Below are positions 41,489-52,782 of a DNA stretch of 64,000 bases, piece after piece. How positions within the stretch are numbered: the first letter of the stretch is position 1; every line of letters starts with the position of its first letter. The stretch comes from Methylophilaceae bacterium (GTDB lineage Bacteria > Pseudomonadota > Gammaproteobacteria > Burkholderiales > Methylophilaceae). The stretch spans positions 1,650 to 65,649 of the forward strand of contig JAQWQF010000011.1 of the NCBI GenBank assembly GCA_029244935.1, given 5' to 3'. Under the pieces are notes generated by a model. It searched no databases. It was given only the letters and a program-made list of their open reading frames with translations, and was not told where the DNA came from. The position numbers and the translations under genes are program-made.

Positions 41489-42187
41489 TTAAACTTTTGA
41501 CAAAGAGGATCTTAATGATTTAAGAATAGTGTCATAGCCATTTGGGTCGTCAGCATTTGCTGCTTTAAAAATTGCCGACCCTGCAACAAAAGTGTCGGCT
41601 CCAGCTTTAGCAATTTCAGCTATATTATCTGCATTAACACCTCCATCTACTTCCAACCAAATTTCACGACCAGTTTTTTCAGTGTATTCATCAATTTTTT
41701 TTCTAGCCATTCTGAGTTTATTAAGAGTCTCTGGAATAAATTTTTGCCCGCCAAAGCCAGGATTTACTGACATTAAAAGAACCATATCAACTTTATCCAT
41801 GACGTAATCCAAATAATCTAATGAGGTCGCAGGATTAAATACTAATCCAGATTTACAACCAGATTCTCTAACTAATGAGAGACTTCTATCAATATGGTCA
41901 GATGCTTCCGGATGAAATGTAATAATATTAGCTCCTGCTTTTGCAAAATCTGGAATAATTCGATCAACAGGCTTCACCATTAAATGTACGTCAATGATTG
42001 CATCAGTGACAGGCCGTATTGCTTCACAAACTAGAGGGCCAATGGTTAAATTAGGTACATAATGATTATCCATTACGTCAAAATGTACAATATCTGCTCC
42101 AGAAGCAATTACATCTTGAATTTCTTGGCCCAATTTTGCAAAATTTGCAGATAAGATGCTTGGGGCGATTCTAAATGTTTTATCCAT
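41489..42187 (-). CDS. rpe: Ribulose-phosphate 3-epimerase
   Basis: 232 aa with [41 protein letters not shown] and VDGG. Confidence 0.97.
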   Translation of the reverse strand: MDKTFRIAPSILSANFAKLGQEIQDVIASGADIVHFDVMDNHYVPNLTIGPLVCEAIRPVTDAIIDVHLMVKPVDRIIPDFAKAGANIITFHPEASDHIDRSLSLVRESGCKSGLVFNPATSLDYLDYVMDKVDMVLLMSVNPGFGGQKFIPETLNKLRMARKKIDEYTEKTGREIWLEVDGGVNADNIAEIAKAGADTFVAGSAIFKAANADDPNGYDTILKSLRSSLSKV

Positions 42188-42285
42188 ATAGTATGTCTTC
42201 CTAATTTAAAAGTGGTTAATTTATTGTAAAATAAGTATCTTACCCTTTTTTAACAAATAATATAAAGCGAGCGCAACATAATAAT

Positions 42286-43530
42286 ATGAATTTAAACGTT
42301 ATTGGTCTTAATCATAAAACAGCGCCGCTGGAACTAAGAGAGAAATTTGTTTTTCAAACAGATCTTTTAACTGAGGCCCTAATAGAGATAAAAAAAACTT
42401 TCTCAACTGAAGTCGTTATTTTATCGACTTGTAATCGAACTGAGATTTATTTTACTTCTAACAAAGTAAGCCGAATTATTAAATGGCTTGCTAATTATCA
42501 TCAAATTTCTACAGCAAACTTAAAAAAACATTTGTATCACTTTAATAATCTTAATGCTGTGTCTCATGCATACGCTGTTGCTTCAGGTATCGATAGTATG
42601 ATTCTTGGAGAAACACAGATTTTAGGGCAAATAAAACAAGCATCAAAACTTGCAGAATATGCCGGGACTCAAGGGAAAATACTATCTAATTTATTTCAAA
42701 AAACCTTTGAAACTGCAAAAAAAGTCAGAACTAAAACACATATAGGGGCAAGTAGTACAACTATTGCATCCTGTATTTTTAGGTTGGCAAAAAAAATATT
42801 CGGAAATATAGACAATACTAATATTTTATTTGTAGGTGCCGGCGAAATGAACGAGCTTTGTGCTAAATACTTTTCTGATCAAAGTCCTCAAAAAATTGCT
42901 ATTGCAAACCGTTCTATTGAAAAAGCCAAAAAACTAGCAATTAAAACAAACGCAGAGGCTATATTGATTGGAGATATAAATCACAAAATATATCAATATG
43001 ACATTGTAATTAGCTGTACTGGTAGTCAACTTCCAATAATTGGGCTTGGCTTAATTGAAAAGTCTATCAAACTTAGAAAGCATAAGCCGATGCTTTTAAT
43101 TGACCTAGCAGTTCCCAGAGATATTGAAGCAGAAATAAGTGAACTTGACGATATATTTTTTTACACATTAGATAATCTAGCTGAAATGGCTCAAGATGGC
43201 ATAAAAAATAGAAAAGAGGCTGTAAAAGATGCTGAAAATATTATCGCAAAATATGTCAATGAATATAATGATAAGTTAAATCAGAAAATCATCAGTCCGA
43301 GCATAAAGTTACTAACTGAACAATTTGAAGACTTTCGAACAAAAGAATTATTAAAAGCTCAAAAAGAGTTAAAGTTGGGTAAACCCATAGATGATGTCCT
43401 TAATAAATTTAGCAAAAACTTATCTAAAAAATTTTTACATCTTCCCACCAAAGCTCTAAATGAATCGGCGGCTGAAAGCAATCATGAAGCCATGGATTTA
43501 ATAAAAAATATATATAAATTAAAAGACTAA
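42286..43530 (+). CDS. hemA: Glutamyl-tRNA reductase
   Basis: 414 aa with LSTCNRTEIY (catalytic Cys), GETQILGQIK and the NADPH loop VGAGEM. Confidence 0.95.
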   Translation: MNLNVIGLNHKTAPLELREKFVFQTDLLTEALIEIKKTFSTEVVILSTCNRTEIYFTSNKVSRIIKWLANYHQISTANLKKHLYHFNNLNAVSHAYAVASGIDSMILGETQILGQIKQASKLAEYAGTQGKILSNLFQKTFETAKKVRTKTHIGASSTTIASCIFRLAKKIFGNIDNTNILFVGAGEMNELCAKYFSDQSPQKIAIANRSIEKAKKLAIKTNAEAILIGDINHKIYQYDIVISCTGSQLPIIGLGLIEKSIKLRKHKPMLLIDLAVPRDIEAEISELDDIFFYTLDNLAEMAQDGIKNRKEAVKDAENIIAKYVNEYNDKLNQKIISPSIKLLTEQFEDFRTKELLKAQKELKLGKPIDDVLNKFSKNLSKKFLHLPTKALNESAAESNHEAMDLIKNIYKLKD

Positions 43531-43536
43531 AAAAAT

Positions 43537-44616
43537 ATGAAACCTTCAATGCAAAATAAATTAATTGTTCTTAAAGATCGTATTGAAGAATTAAATAAAG
43601 AATTAAGTAGCTCTGAAGTAACTAAGGATATGGAAAGATTCAAAAAAATATCTAAAGAACATTCTGATATACAACCAGCAGTAGATATTTATGAAGAATT
43701 TATTAGGCGGTCCCAAGACATTGAGGATGCAAAAGAAATGTTATTAGATCCTGAAATGAAGACATTTGCACAGGATGAAATAGACAAAGGAAAAGAGCAA
43801 TTAGAAAAAATTGATGCTCAACTACAAACACTTCTTCTTCCAGTGGATCCAAATGACGAAAAAAATATTTTTCTTGAGATTCGAGCAGGGGCTGGCGGAG
43901 ATGAATCTGCACTCTTTGCTGGAGATATTTTTAGAATGTACAGTAGATTTGTTGAAAGAATGAAATGGCAATTAGAAATTATTTCAATAAACGAATCCGA
44001 AGTTGGGGGGTACAAGGAAGTAATTGCAAAAATTATTGGGCAAGGTGCATACTCAAAATTAAAATTTGAATCTGGGGGTCATAGAGTTCAGCGAGTGCCT
44101 GACACTGAAACACAAGGTAGAATCCACACATCTGCTTGTACTGTTGCAGTTCTTGCAGAAGCAGACGAAATAAGTGATGTAGAAGTTAACCCTGCCGATA
44201 TTCGAATTGATACCTATAGAGCTTCTGGGGCAGGTGGACAACATATTAACAAAACAGATTCTGCAGTCAGAATAACTCATTTGCCAACAGGCATTGTTGT
44301 TGAATGTCAGGATGATCGATCACAGCATAGAAACAAGGCTCAAGCCATGAGTATTCTTGCTGCAAAAATAAAGGATGCTCAAGTAAGAGATCAAGAATCA
44401 AAAATTGCAACTGAACGAAAATCATTAATCGGTAGTGGCGATCGTAGCGAAAGAATTCGCACATATAATTTTCCTCAAGGACGAATAACAGATCACCGTA
44501 TTAATTTAACTTTATACAAAATAGACTTTATTATGGATGGTGATTTGAATGATTTAATCCAAGCATTAACAACCGAACATCAGGCTGACCTTTTAGCTCA
44601 ACTTGATCAAGACTAA
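43537..44616 (+). CDS. prfA: Peptide chain release factor 1
   Basis: 359 aa with the RF1 tripeptide context [12 protein letters not shown](P-x-T region) and GGQ ([16 protein letters not shown]). Confidence 0.97.
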   Translation: MKPSMQNKLIVLKDRIEELNKELSSSEVTKDMERFKKISKEHSDIQPAVDIYEEFIRRSQDIEDAKEMLLDPEMKTFAQDEIDKGKEQLEKIDAQLQTLLLPVDPNDEKNIFLEIRAGAGGDESALFAGDIFRMYSRFVERMKWQLEIISINESEVGGYKEVIAKIIGQGAYSKLKFESGGHRVQRVPDTETQGRIHTSACTVAVLAEADEISDVEVNPADIRIDTYRASGAGGQHINKTDSAVRITHLPTGIVVECQDDRSQHRNKAQAMSILAAKIKDAQVRDQESKIATERKSLIGSGDRSERIRTYNFPQGRITDHRINLTLYKIDFIMDGDLNDLIQALTTEHQADLLAQLDQD

Positions 44617-44618
44617 AA

Positions 44619-45467
44619 ATGAGCACATTAAGCTCGATTCAAAAAGAAATAACTAGCAGTCTTGCCATAAAATTAGGGCTGTCAACTAGGGAAAGTTTAA
44701 TTGAGGCAAAATTTATTTTAGAATATGTCCTAAAAAGAACATATGCTCAGCTTTATTCAGATAGATCCATTATCTTACTTAAAGAAGAAGAGCTTTATAT
44801 TAGAAATATTATTAAGCAAAGATTACAAAAAAAACCCTTAGGCTACATTTTAAAAGAGTGGGACTTTTACGGAGAAACTTTTCTTATTAATAGCGATGTA
44901 TTGATACCAAGACAAGACACAGAACTATTAATTGATCTTATTTTTAAAGAATATAAAAAAGAAACCCAAATAAATATCTGTGATCTCGGAACAGGCAGTG
45001 GAATTATTGGTATTACGCTAGCAAGGCGATTCAAAAATTCGCAGATTATGCTTACTGATACCTCAAAAGAAGCACTAATTATTGCGCAAGAGAATATTAA
45101 TAAATTTAAACTTAAAAATGCTAAGACTTTATACAGTAATTGGTATAGTGAGTTCCCAGAAGTAGAATTTGATCTTATTGTTAGCAACCCCCCTTATATT
45201 GACATTGATGATCCTTTTTTGAAAAAAGATAATTTACAATATGAGCCAGAAAAAGCTCTTTTTTCAGGAAATCATGGCTATGCTGATATTGAAATAATAG
45301 TAAATAATGCTCGTGATTATTTAAAAGAAGGTGGGCAACTCATGATTGAACATGGTTATAATCAATCTAACCTTGTGAAATTAATATTTGAGAACGCAAA
45401 ATTTTTATCCATTAAACAGCACCTGGATATTAATTCAAAAATTAGAGTAACATCAGGTCTAGTTTAA
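44619..45467 (+). CDS. prmC: Release-factor glutamine N5-methyltransferase PrmC (HemK)
   Basis: 282 aa with the SAM motif DLGTGSGIIG and the catalytic NPPY (VSNPPYI). It lies directly after prfA. Confidence 0.93.
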   Translation: MSTLSSIQKEITSSLAIKLGLSTRESLIEAKFILEYVLKRTYAQLYSDRSIILLKEEELYIRNIIKQRLQKKPLGYILKEWDFYGETFLINSDVLIPRQDTELLIDLIFKEYKKETQINICDLGTGSGIIGITLARRFKNSQIMLTDTSKEALIIAQENINKFKLKNAKTLYSNWYSEFPEVEFDLIVSNPPYIDIDDPFLKKDNLQYEPEKALFSGNHGYADIEIIVNNARDYLKEGGQLMIEHGYNQSNLVKLIFENAKFLSIKQHLDINSKIRVTSGLV

Positions 45468-45477
45468 TTTAATGCTG

Positions 45478-45500
45478 TATTGGAATTCCAATAGTATAAT
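45478..45500 (+). promoter_or_regulatory. Perfect 16-bp palindrome TATTGGAATTCCAATA followed by TATAAT, immediately upstream of metX (candidate operator/promoter)
   Basis: Read directly: palindrome at 45478-45493, then G, then TATAAT at 45495-45500. The metX ATG is 6 nt later (45507), with no Shine-Dalgarno sequence in between. Confidence 0.4.
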
Positions 45501-45506
45501 TTAAAA

Positions 45507-46640
45507 ATGAAAGAAAAAAATTCAGTTGGTATCGTCAAATCAAAAAATTTTATATGTAAGAATCCCTTAAAGTTAGATAGCGGAGTTTTACTTAATGAAT
45601 TTGAGTTGACCTATGAAACCTATGGAAAATTAAATGCTAAACACGATAATGCCGTATTAGTTTGTCATGCTTTATCTGGGAATCATCACCTTGCTGGTCG
45701 CTATTCTTCTAGTGATAAATATCCTGGTTGGTGGGATAGCCTTATTGGACCAAATAAACCATTAGATACAAATAAATTCTTTGTGATTGGTGTCAATAAT
45801 TTAGGAGGAAGCCATGGAAGCACTGGTCCAAAATCAATCAACCCTAAAACTAAAAAACCTTGGGGCTCAACATTTCCTATAATAACAATTCAAGATTGGA
45901 TTAATTCTCAAAACGAATTAATCAATCATCTAGGTATTTCAAAGTTATCTGGTGTTTTAGGTGGAAGTCTTGGAGGGATGCAGGCAGTTCAATGGAGCAT
46001 CCAATACCCAGAGAAAGTAAAGAATGCAATTGTAATTGCTGCAGCACCTAATTTAACTGCTCAAAATATTGCATTTAATGAAGTAGCTCGTCAGGCAATA
46101 GTCACTGACACTTCATTTAATAAAGGTGATTATTATAAGTTAGGAGTTACTCCTAAAATGGGATTACGAATTGCTAGAATGCTGGGCCATATTACCTATT
46201 TATCTGACGATGTCATGGGACAAAAATTTGGACGAAAAATAAAAAATACAGAATATCAATATAACCTTGATACAGAGTTTGAGATTGAATCTTACTTAAA
46301 TTATCAGGGAGATAAATTTGCTAATGAATTTGACGCAAATACATATATTCGTATGACTAAAGCATTAGATTACTTTGACCCCACTAATGGCAATAAGAGA
46401 AAATTAAGTTCTGTTTTTAAAGAAATACAATCAGAATTCCTAATCATTTCTTTTACAAGTGATTGGCGCTTTTCTCCCAAACGCTCTAAAGAAATAGTAA
46501 AGGCTCTGCTCGATAATAATATTAAAGTAAGTTATGCAGAAATAACTGCAACTAGCGGGCATGATGCTTTTCTTATGTCTGATGATAGATATCATAATAT
46601 TTTAAGATCGTATTTTAAAAGAATGTTAGGGGTGAAATGA
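45507..46640 (+). CDS. metX: Homoserine O-acyltransferase MetX
   Basis: 377 aa alpha/beta hydrolase with [26 protein letters not shown] (nucleophile elbow) and SGHDAFL. It is followed by metW. Confidence 0.94.
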   Translation: MKEKNSVGIVKSKNFICKNPLKLDSGVLLNEFELTYETYGKLNAKHDNAVLVCHALSGNHHLAGRYSSSDKYPGWWDSLIGPNKPLDTNKFFVIGVNNLGGSHGSTGPKSINPKTKKPWGSTFPIITIQDWINSQNELINHLGISKLSGVLGGSLGGMQAVQWSIQYPEKVKNAIVIAAAPNLTAQNIAFNEVARQAIVTDTSFNKGDYYKLGVTPKMGLRIARMLGHITYLSDDVMGQKFGRKIKNTEYQYNLDTEFEIESYLNYQGDKFANEFDANTYIRMTKALDYFDPTNGNKRKLSSVFKEIQSEFLIISFTSDWRFSPKRSKEIVKALLDNNIKVSYAEITATSGHDAFLMSDDRYHNILRSYFKRMLGVK

Positions 46641-47236
46641 GTATTACTAAAAAGTCTTCACGATATGATTTTTCAATCATCGCAAATTGGGTACCTTCAG
46701 ATTCAAAAGTTTTAGATTTAGGCTGTGGTGATGGCGAGCTTTTAAATTACTTAAAGGCAAAAAAAAATGTCACGGGATTTGGCGTTGAAAAAGATGAATT
46801 AAATTGGTTAGATGCTTTAAAAAATAATATTGACGTAATTCAATTAGATATTGAATCAGGTCTTTCAGAATTTGAAACAAATTCATTTGATGTAGTTATA
46901 TTATCTAAAACAATTCAATCCATGCAGAATACTGAAATAGTGATAAAAGAAATGTTAAGAATAGGTAAGCATGTGATTGTTACATTTCCCAATTTTGGAT
47001 ACTGGAAAAATAGGCTACAGATTTTAAGTGGGAAAATGCCTACCTCCGACGAATTACCTTATGCCTGGTTTGATACACCTAATATTCACTTATGTACGAT
47101 TGAAGATTTTGATAATTTTTGTCAAAAGTATCGGTTTAAAATTACCGACCGAAAAATATTAACAGATAAAAAATCAGTAGAAATTCTTCCTAACATTTTT
47201 GGGGCTCTAGCTTTATATAAATTAGTTTCAAAATAA
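46637..47236 (+). CDS. metW: Methionine biosynthesis protein MetW
   Basis: 199 aa with [12 protein letters not shown] and [20 protein letters not shown], which are typical of MetW. It overlaps metX by 4 nt. Confidence 0.92.
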   Translation: MSITKKSSRYDFSIIANWVPSDSKVLDLGCGDGELLNYLKAKKNVTGFGVEKDELNWLDALKNNIDVIQLDIESGLSEFETNSFDVVILSKTIQSMQNTEIVIKEMLRIGKHVIVTFPNFGYWKNRLQILSGKMPTSDELPYAWFDTPNIHLCTIEDFDNFCQKYRFKITDRKILTDKKSVEILPNIFGALALYKLVSK

Positions 47237-47240
47237 AATA

Positions 47241-48482
47241 ATGGTAAAACCAACCAATTTATTAAACAGCTTCTTAACTAAGAAAATTATTATTTGCTTC
47301 TTTACCGGCTTCACTTCAGGATTGCCACTATATATTTTTATCAGCCTCTTTCCTGCATGGTTTTATGAGAGTGGTCTAGACCTTAAAGAAATAGGTCTTT
47401 TAAGCGCATGCATGGCCCCGTACTTTGCAAAATTTGCATGGGCACCTTTATTTGATCGCTATACACTTCCAATGGGAAGAAGAAGAGGGTGGCTAATTAT
47501 TTTTCAAACCTTATTGCTTTTTTTAATTGCATTATGTGGCTTTTTCAATCCAGCTTTACATACTAATACTATCGTAGTTATTTCACTAGGCATTGCCTTT
47601 TTTAGTGCAAGCCAGGATGTTGTGATTGACGCTTATAGAAGAGAATTGCTTCTTGATAGAGAGCTAGGTCTTGGTAATGCAGTTCATGTAAATACTTATA
47701 GATTTTCTAGTTTAGTACCAGGTGCACTGGCTTTAATATTAGCTGATTTCTTTCCTTGGGAATTTGTATTTTCTATTACGGCTTTATTTATGATTCCTGG
47801 AATTATTCTCACTATTATAATTTCTGAGCCTAAACTTAAATCTTCACCACCAAAAACATTAAAAGAAGCAGTAAAGGATCCATTTAAAGAATTTATAGAG
47901 CGAAAAGGTGCCAAGACTGCTTTACTTATTCTGTTATTTATTTTTCTTTATAAAATTGGAGATAGCATGGCAACTACACTCTCTACCCCATTTTATCTTG
48001 GTCTTGGCTTTACAAAAACAGAAATTGCAATAATTGTAAAAAATGTAAGTCTATGGACAGGTTTTGCTGGTGGCATTCTTGGTGGAATATGGATGATTAA
48101 ATTAGGGATAAATCGAGCATTATGGATTTTTGGATTTTTACAAATGATTACAATACTAGGCTTTGCTTGGCTAGCAAATATTGGATATGACACAACTATA
48201 TTAGCAATAGTTGTTGCATTAGAATTTTTTGCGGCTGGCTTAGGAACGATAGCGTTTGTTTCATTTATTGCTAAAACTACTAACCCTAGATATACCGCGA
48301 CCCAATTTGCCCTATTCACAAGTATTGGCGTTGGGGCAGTTAAATTAGCTTCTGCATTAACGGGATATTTAGTCGATTTTTTTGGTTGGTATTATTTCTT
48401 TATCTTTTGTTTTTTATTGGCAATTCCAGGAATGCTTCTTCTATTTAAAATTGCTCCATGGAATCAATCCGAAGCATCATAA
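47241..48482 (+). CDS. ampG: AmpG family muropeptide/MFS permease
   Basis: 413 aa and polytopic. The motifs GFTSGLPLYI and WAPLFDRYTLPMGRRRGW are AmpG-family signatures. Confidence 0.88.
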   Translation: MVKPTNLLNSFLTKKIIICFFTGFTSGLPLYIFISLFPAWFYESGLDLKEIGLLSACMAPYFAKFAWAPLFDRYTLPMGRRRGWLIIFQTLLLFLIALCGFFNPALHTNTIVVISLGIAFFSASQDVVIDAYRRELLLDRELGLGNAVHVNTYRFSSLVPGALALILADFFPWEFVFSITALFMIPGIILTIIISEPKLKSSPPKTLKEAVKDPFKEFIERKGAKTALLILLFIFLYKIGDSMATTLSTPFYLGLGFTKTEIAIIVKNVSLWTGFAGGILGGIWMIKLGINRALWIFGFLQMITILGFAWLANIGYDTTILAIVVALEFFAAGLGTIAFVSFIAKTTNPRYTATQFALFTSIGVGAVKLASALTGYLVDFFGWYYFFIFCFLLAIPGMLLLFKIAPWNQSEAS

Positions 48483-49243
48483 TTAATAATTAATGGTGCA
48501 TGATCACTAAATCTTTGTTTTTTTAATATTGTTGCTCTCTTTGCTCTCTTTGCTAATTCTTTATTCGCAATTTGATAATCAATACGCCATCCAACATTTT
48601 TTGCCCAAGCCTGACCCCTATTACTCCACCAAGTGTATCCCTCTTCCCCTTTATCAGGATATAGATTGCGATATACATCCACCCACCCTACTTTTAAGAA
48701 CAAATAAGAAAGCCAAGCTCTTTCTTCTGGTAAAAATCCAGAATTTTTTTTATTCCCTTTAAAATTCTTTAAGTCTATTTCGTGATGGGCAATGTTAAAA
48801 TCTCCACAGACAACAATATTTTTTCCTAATTTTATTTTCTTTTTTAAAATTATTAAGATTTTATCTAGAACTTTATATTTAAATTTTTGCCTTTCTTCAC
48901 CACTTGAACCAGAGGGTAAATATACCGAAATAATAATAATGTTTTCTAAATGAATCTCAATAAAACGACCTTCATCATCTATTTCAGGAACACCACTTTT
49001 ATAAATAATTTTATTAGGCTTTTCTTTGGAATATATTCCAACGCCACTATAACCCCTCTTATTTGCATAACTAAAATTACCAAAATAACCCTTTGGTGCT
49101 TTCATTTGATTATCTAAATCAACTTCATGTGCCTTTAATTCTTGAAGACAAACAAAGTCGGCATTTTGAGTTTCAAGCCAGGGATAAAGCCCTTTTCTAT
49201 TTGCTGATCGAATTCCATTTAAATTTAAGGTTATAATCTTCAT
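48464..49243 (-). CDS. xthA: Exodeoxyribonuclease III
   Basis: 259 aa with MKIITLNLNGIRSA, LQELK, GDFNIAH, WSNRG and SDHAPL. Its 3' end overlaps the ampG 3' end by 19 nt. Confidence 0.95.
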   Translation of the reverse strand: MKIITLNLNGIRSANRKGLYPWLETQNADFVCLQELKAHEVDLDNQMKAPKGYFGNFSYANKRGYSGVGIYSKEKPNKIIYKSGVPEIDDEGRFIEIHLENIIIISVYLPSGSSGEERQKFKYKVLDKILIILKKKIKLGKNIVVCGDFNIAHHEIDLKNFKGNKKNSGFLPEERAWLSYLFLKVGWVDVYRNLYPDKGEEGYTWWSNRGQAWAKNVGWRIDYQIANKELAKRAKRATILKKQRFSDHAPLIINYDASD

Positions 49244-49259
49244 AAGGTAACTAAATTAT

Positions 49260-49901
49260 ATGTCATTAAATAAAACATCATTCATTGAATTAGCCATAAA
49301 AAATAATGTTCTGCAATTTGGTAATTTTATTACTAAGGCAGGCAGAGAAAGCCCCTATTTTTTTAATTTAGGTTCTTTTAATAATGGAGAAAGTCTTAAA
49401 GCCCTTGGGCAATTTTACGCTAATAAAATTATTGAAACAAATATCAAATTTGATATGTTGTATGGCCCCGCCTATAAAGGTATTCCTTTAGTAACTGCAA
49501 TTGCAATTTCATTGGCAGAGCAAGGGATAAACATGCCCTATTGCTTTAATCGAAAGGAGATAAAGGATCATGGTGAAGGTGGAGTTATCGTTGGAGCTTC
49601 CATCAGTGGTAATGTTCTTATTATTGATGATGTCATTTCTGCTGGTACTTCAATTAATGAGTCAAATAAATTAATAAGGGATAATGGAGGAAATCCTGTT
49701 GGAGTATTCGTTGCCATAGACAGACTAGAAAAAGGCCCTCTTGGTTTAACTGCAACAGAAGAAGTTTCAAAAAATCTAAAGTTACCAGTTTATTCAATTA
49801 TTGATTTATTAGATATTATTGACTATCTGGACCAATCAAATAATTATTTAGATGAATTAGATAAAATTAAAGAATTTCAAAAAACATACGGTATTACTTA
49901 G
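49260..49901 (+). CDS. pyrE: Orotate phosphoribosyltransferase
   Basis: 213 aa with FGNFITKAGRESPYFFN and the PRPP motif VLIIDDVISAGTS. Confidence 0.95.
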   Translation: MSLNKTSFIELAIKNNVLQFGNFITKAGRESPYFFNLGSFNNGESLKALGQFYANKIIETNIKFDMLYGPAYKGIPLVTAIAISLAEQGINMPYCFNRKEIKDHGEGGVIVGASISGNVLIIDDVISAGTSINESNKLIRDNGGNPVGVFVAIDRLEKGPLGLTATEEVSKNLKLPVYSIIDLLDIIDYLDQSNNYLDELDKIKEFQKTYGIT

Positions 49902-51327
49902 AAATTTTTTGTTTTAGTAGCTCACTAACCTGAGATGGGTTTGCTTTCCCCTTAGAAGCTTTCATAACCTGACCAACTAATGCATTAAATGCTTTATCTT
50001 TACCAGAGCGATATTCTTCTACCATCAGCTGATTATTTTTTAGAACTTGATCAACTAAAATATCAATTTCACCACTGTCAGAAATTTGTTTTAATCCTAG
50101 CTCATCAATTGCTTGATCAACAGTAATACTTGATTTATCCCATATAAAATCAAACACTTTTTTTGCAGCATTATTAGATATAGTTGAATCTTCAATACGC
50201 TTTATTAATTCAGCTAATCGCTGGGAGTCTATTGGAGATTGATTAATATTTATTTCTTCTTCATTAAGGCGTGAGTATAAATTTCCCAATATCCAGTTAG
50301 CGGAAAGTTTAGGATTAACCTTAGAATCTACAAGGGCGAGAAAATATTTAGTCACCTCACTATCTGATGCAATTTCAGAAGCATCATACTCAGACAGCCC
50401 TAGTTCTTTCTTAAACGATTCCTGCATCTCATCAGGTAATTTAGGCATTAATTTCTTTATTTCATCAATTTGTTCTTCTGTAACTAAAAGTGGTAATAAA
50501 TCAGGGTCTGGAAAATATCTATAATCATTTGCCTCTTCCTTTGATCGCATAGCTTTTGTTTCTCCTGTTTCTGGATTAAACAAAATAGTTGCTTGATCTA
50601 TTTTTCCACCATCTTCGAGAGTCTCAATTTGCCAATTTACCTCGTAATCAACTGCTTGCTTAATAAATTTAAACGAATTAAGATTTTTAATTTCTCTTCT
50701 AGTTCCAAGCACCTCTGTGCCTTTTTTCTTAACCGAAACATTGACATCACATCGAAAACTTCCTTCTTGCATATTTCCATCACAAATACCAATCCATTGA
50801 ACTAACTCATGAAGCTTCTTAGCATAAGCTACCGCCTCTTCAGCAGAATTCATATCAGGTTCTGTAACTATTTCTAACAATGGAGTCCCAGCACGATTAA
50901 GATCAATTCCCGTTTTACCTTGAGAAACACCATGAGACGATTTTCCAGCATCTTCTTCCAGATGCGCCCTTAATATTCTGACATCTTTCTTTTTTTCATT
51001 TGCATTTATAGATAAGTAGCCCGGACCAACAATAGGTAACTCCATTTGACTGATTTGATAACCTTTAGGTAAATCAGGATAGAAATAATTCTTTCGGGCA
51101 AATATTGATCTTCTTGCAATTTTAGCATTTATAGCTAATCCAAGTTTTATCGCGCAGTTAACAGACTCATGATTCAATACAGGAAGCAGTCCAGGATAAG
51201 CTAAACTCACTAAGCAGGCTTGAGAATTAGGCTCATTACCATAAGCTGTAGATGCTCCAGAAAATTGTTTTGATTTTGTCTTTAGCTGAATATGAGTTTC
51301 TATCCCAATTACAATATCCCAATCCAT
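49894..51327 (-). CDS. gatB: Asp/Glu-tRNA amidotransferase subunit B
   Basis: 477 aa with IGIETHIQL, KNYFYPDLPKGYQISQ, RCDVNVS and a YqeY-like C-terminal domain. Its 3' end overlaps the pyrE 3' end by 8 nt. Confidence 0.97.
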   Translation of the reverse strand: MDWDIVIGIETHIQLKTKSKQFSGASTAYGNEPNSQACLVSLAYPGLLPVLNHESVNCAIKLGLAINAKIARRSIFARKNYFYPDLPKGYQISQMELPIVGPGYLSINANEKKKDVRILRAHLEEDAGKSSHGVSQGKTGIDLNRAGTPLLEIVTEPDMNSAEEAVAYAKKLHELVQWIGICDGNMQEGSFRCDVNVSVKKKGTEVLGTRREIKNLNSFKFIKQAVDYEVNWQIETLEDGGKIDQATILFNPETGETKAMRSKEEANDYRYFPDPDLLPLLVTEEQIDEIKKLMPKLPDEMQESFKKELGLSEYDASEIASDSEVTKYFLALVDSKVNPKLSANWILGNLYSRLNEEEININQSPIDSQRLAELIKRIEDSTISNNAAKKVFDFIWDKSSITVDQAIDELGLKQISDSGEIDILVDQVLKNNQLMVEEYRSGKDKAFNALVGQVMKASKGKANPSQVSELLKQKISK

Positions 51328-52781
51328 TACTCAAACCCCTTAGCTGATTTAAGATGCCAATCTGTATTTTTTTGGAAGGAATGTGCAATATTTAATAATT
51401 TTGCCTCAGTAAAATAATTACCAATAAGCTGTAATCCAACTGGAAGATTACTAACAAATCCTGCAGGGATACTCATTGCTGGAAGCCCAGCAAGATTCGT
51501 AGAAATAGTATAGATATCTTGCATATACATGGCCAAGGGATCTTCTTTTTTTTCACCCGCATTAAACGCAACAGAAGGAGCAGAGGGGCCCATGATGACA
51601 TCGCACTGTTTAAATGCATTTGTAAAATCTTCAGAAATTAATCTTCTAATTTTTTGTGCTTTCAAATAATAGGCATCATAATAACCAGCACTTAAAACAT
51701 AAGTACCAATGAGAATCCTTCGCTTCACTTCTTCGCCAAAACCTTCCTGTCTAGTTTTAAAGTACATATCCGTTAAATCATCATATTCTTTAGTACGATA
51801 GCCATAGCGTACTCCATCGTATCTTGATAGATTACTCGAAGCCTCTGCCGGGGCAATGACGTAATAAACTGGGATTGCAAGATGATTGTTGGGTAGAGAA
51901 ATTTCTATAATTTCTGCCCCAAGTTTTTTATATTGATCAATTGCAGCATCAATCAGAGTATGAACAGAAGAGTCTAACCCTTCACCAAAGAACTCTTTTG
52001 GAATTCCAATCTTTAGTCCTTTAATGGAACTATTTAGTTTACTCCCATAATCTTCCTTATCTCTTTCAATACTAGTTGAGTCTCTTTTATCATGACCGGA
52101 CATGACATTCATCAATAAAGCACAATCTTCTGCACTAATGGCCATTGGCCCTGCCTGATCAAGGCTTGATGCAAAAGCAATCATTCCATAACGAGATACC
52201 AATCCATACGTTGGCTTTAATCCAGTAAAGCCACATAATGATGCTGGTTGTCTGATAGAGCCTCCCGTGTCTGTTCCAGTAGCAGCCGGAGCTAGTCTTG
52301 CGGCAATTGCAGATGCACTCCCCCCCGAGCTTCCACCAGGGACCAAATCTAAATTCCAAGGATTTTTTACTGGTCCAAAATATGAAGTCTCATTAGATGA
52401 GCCCATTGCAAACTCATCCATATTCGTTTTACCAATATTAACTGCACCTACTTCATTGAATTTTTCAATCACCATTGCATCATAAGGAGCAATGAAATTT
52501 TCAAGCATTTTTGATCCACAAGTTGTAGGCCAACCTTGTGAGCAAAAAATATCTTTCTGTGCAACAGGAATACCTGTAAGAGTCGACTTTTTGCCTTTAG
52601 CAATTAATTCATCTGCTTTTTTTGCCATCGTTAAGCTTTTCTCTTCATCAATACTAATAAATGCATTTAGTGAAGGATTGTGCTGCTTAATTCTTCCTAG
52701 AAAAAATTGAGTTAATTCTGCACTTGAGAAAGTCTTTTTCTCCAAATGTAAGGCAAGGGATTGAAGTGATAAATTAAGCAT
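51327..52781 (-). CDS. gatA: Asp/Glu-tRNA amidotransferase subunit A (amidase)
   Basis: Amidase signature [12 protein letters not shown] ... [13 protein letters not shown]. The start is set at ATG 52781 (MLNLSLQSL...), 1 nt after the gatC stop, rather than track start 52805 inside gatC. Confidence 0.96.
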   Translation of the reverse strand: MLNLSLQSLALHLEKKTFSSAELTQFFLGRIKQHNPSLNAFISIDEEKSLTMAKKADELIAKGKKSTLTGIPVAQKDIFCSQGWPTTCGSKMLENFIAPYDAMVIEKFNEVGAVNIGKTNMDEFAMGSSNETSYFGPVKNPWNLDLVPGGSSGGSASAIAARLAPAATGTDTGGSIRQPASLCGFTGLKPTYGLVSRYGMIAFASSLDQAGPMAISAEDCALLMNVMSGHDKRDSTSIERDKEDYGSKLNSSIKGLKIGIPKEFFGEGLDSSVHTLIDAAIDQYKKLGAEIIEISLPNNHLAIPVYYVIAPAEASSNLSRYDGVRYGYRTKEYDDLTDMYFKTRQEGFGEEVKRRILIGTYVLSAGYYDAYYLKAQKIRRLISEDFTNAFKQCDVIMGPSAPSVAFNAGEKKEDPLAMYMQDIYTISTNLAGLPAMSIPAGFVSNLPVGLQLIGNYFTEAKLLNIAHSFQKNTDWHLKSAKGFE

Positions 52782-52782
52782 A

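Noticed and set aside
45478-45493. The prmC-metX palindrome as an intrinsic terminator for hemA-prfA-prmC
   Set aside because: As RNA it would form only a 6-bp stem with an AAUU loop, followed by GUAUAAUUUAAAAA rather than a U-tract. An operator or promoter role fits better (see findings).
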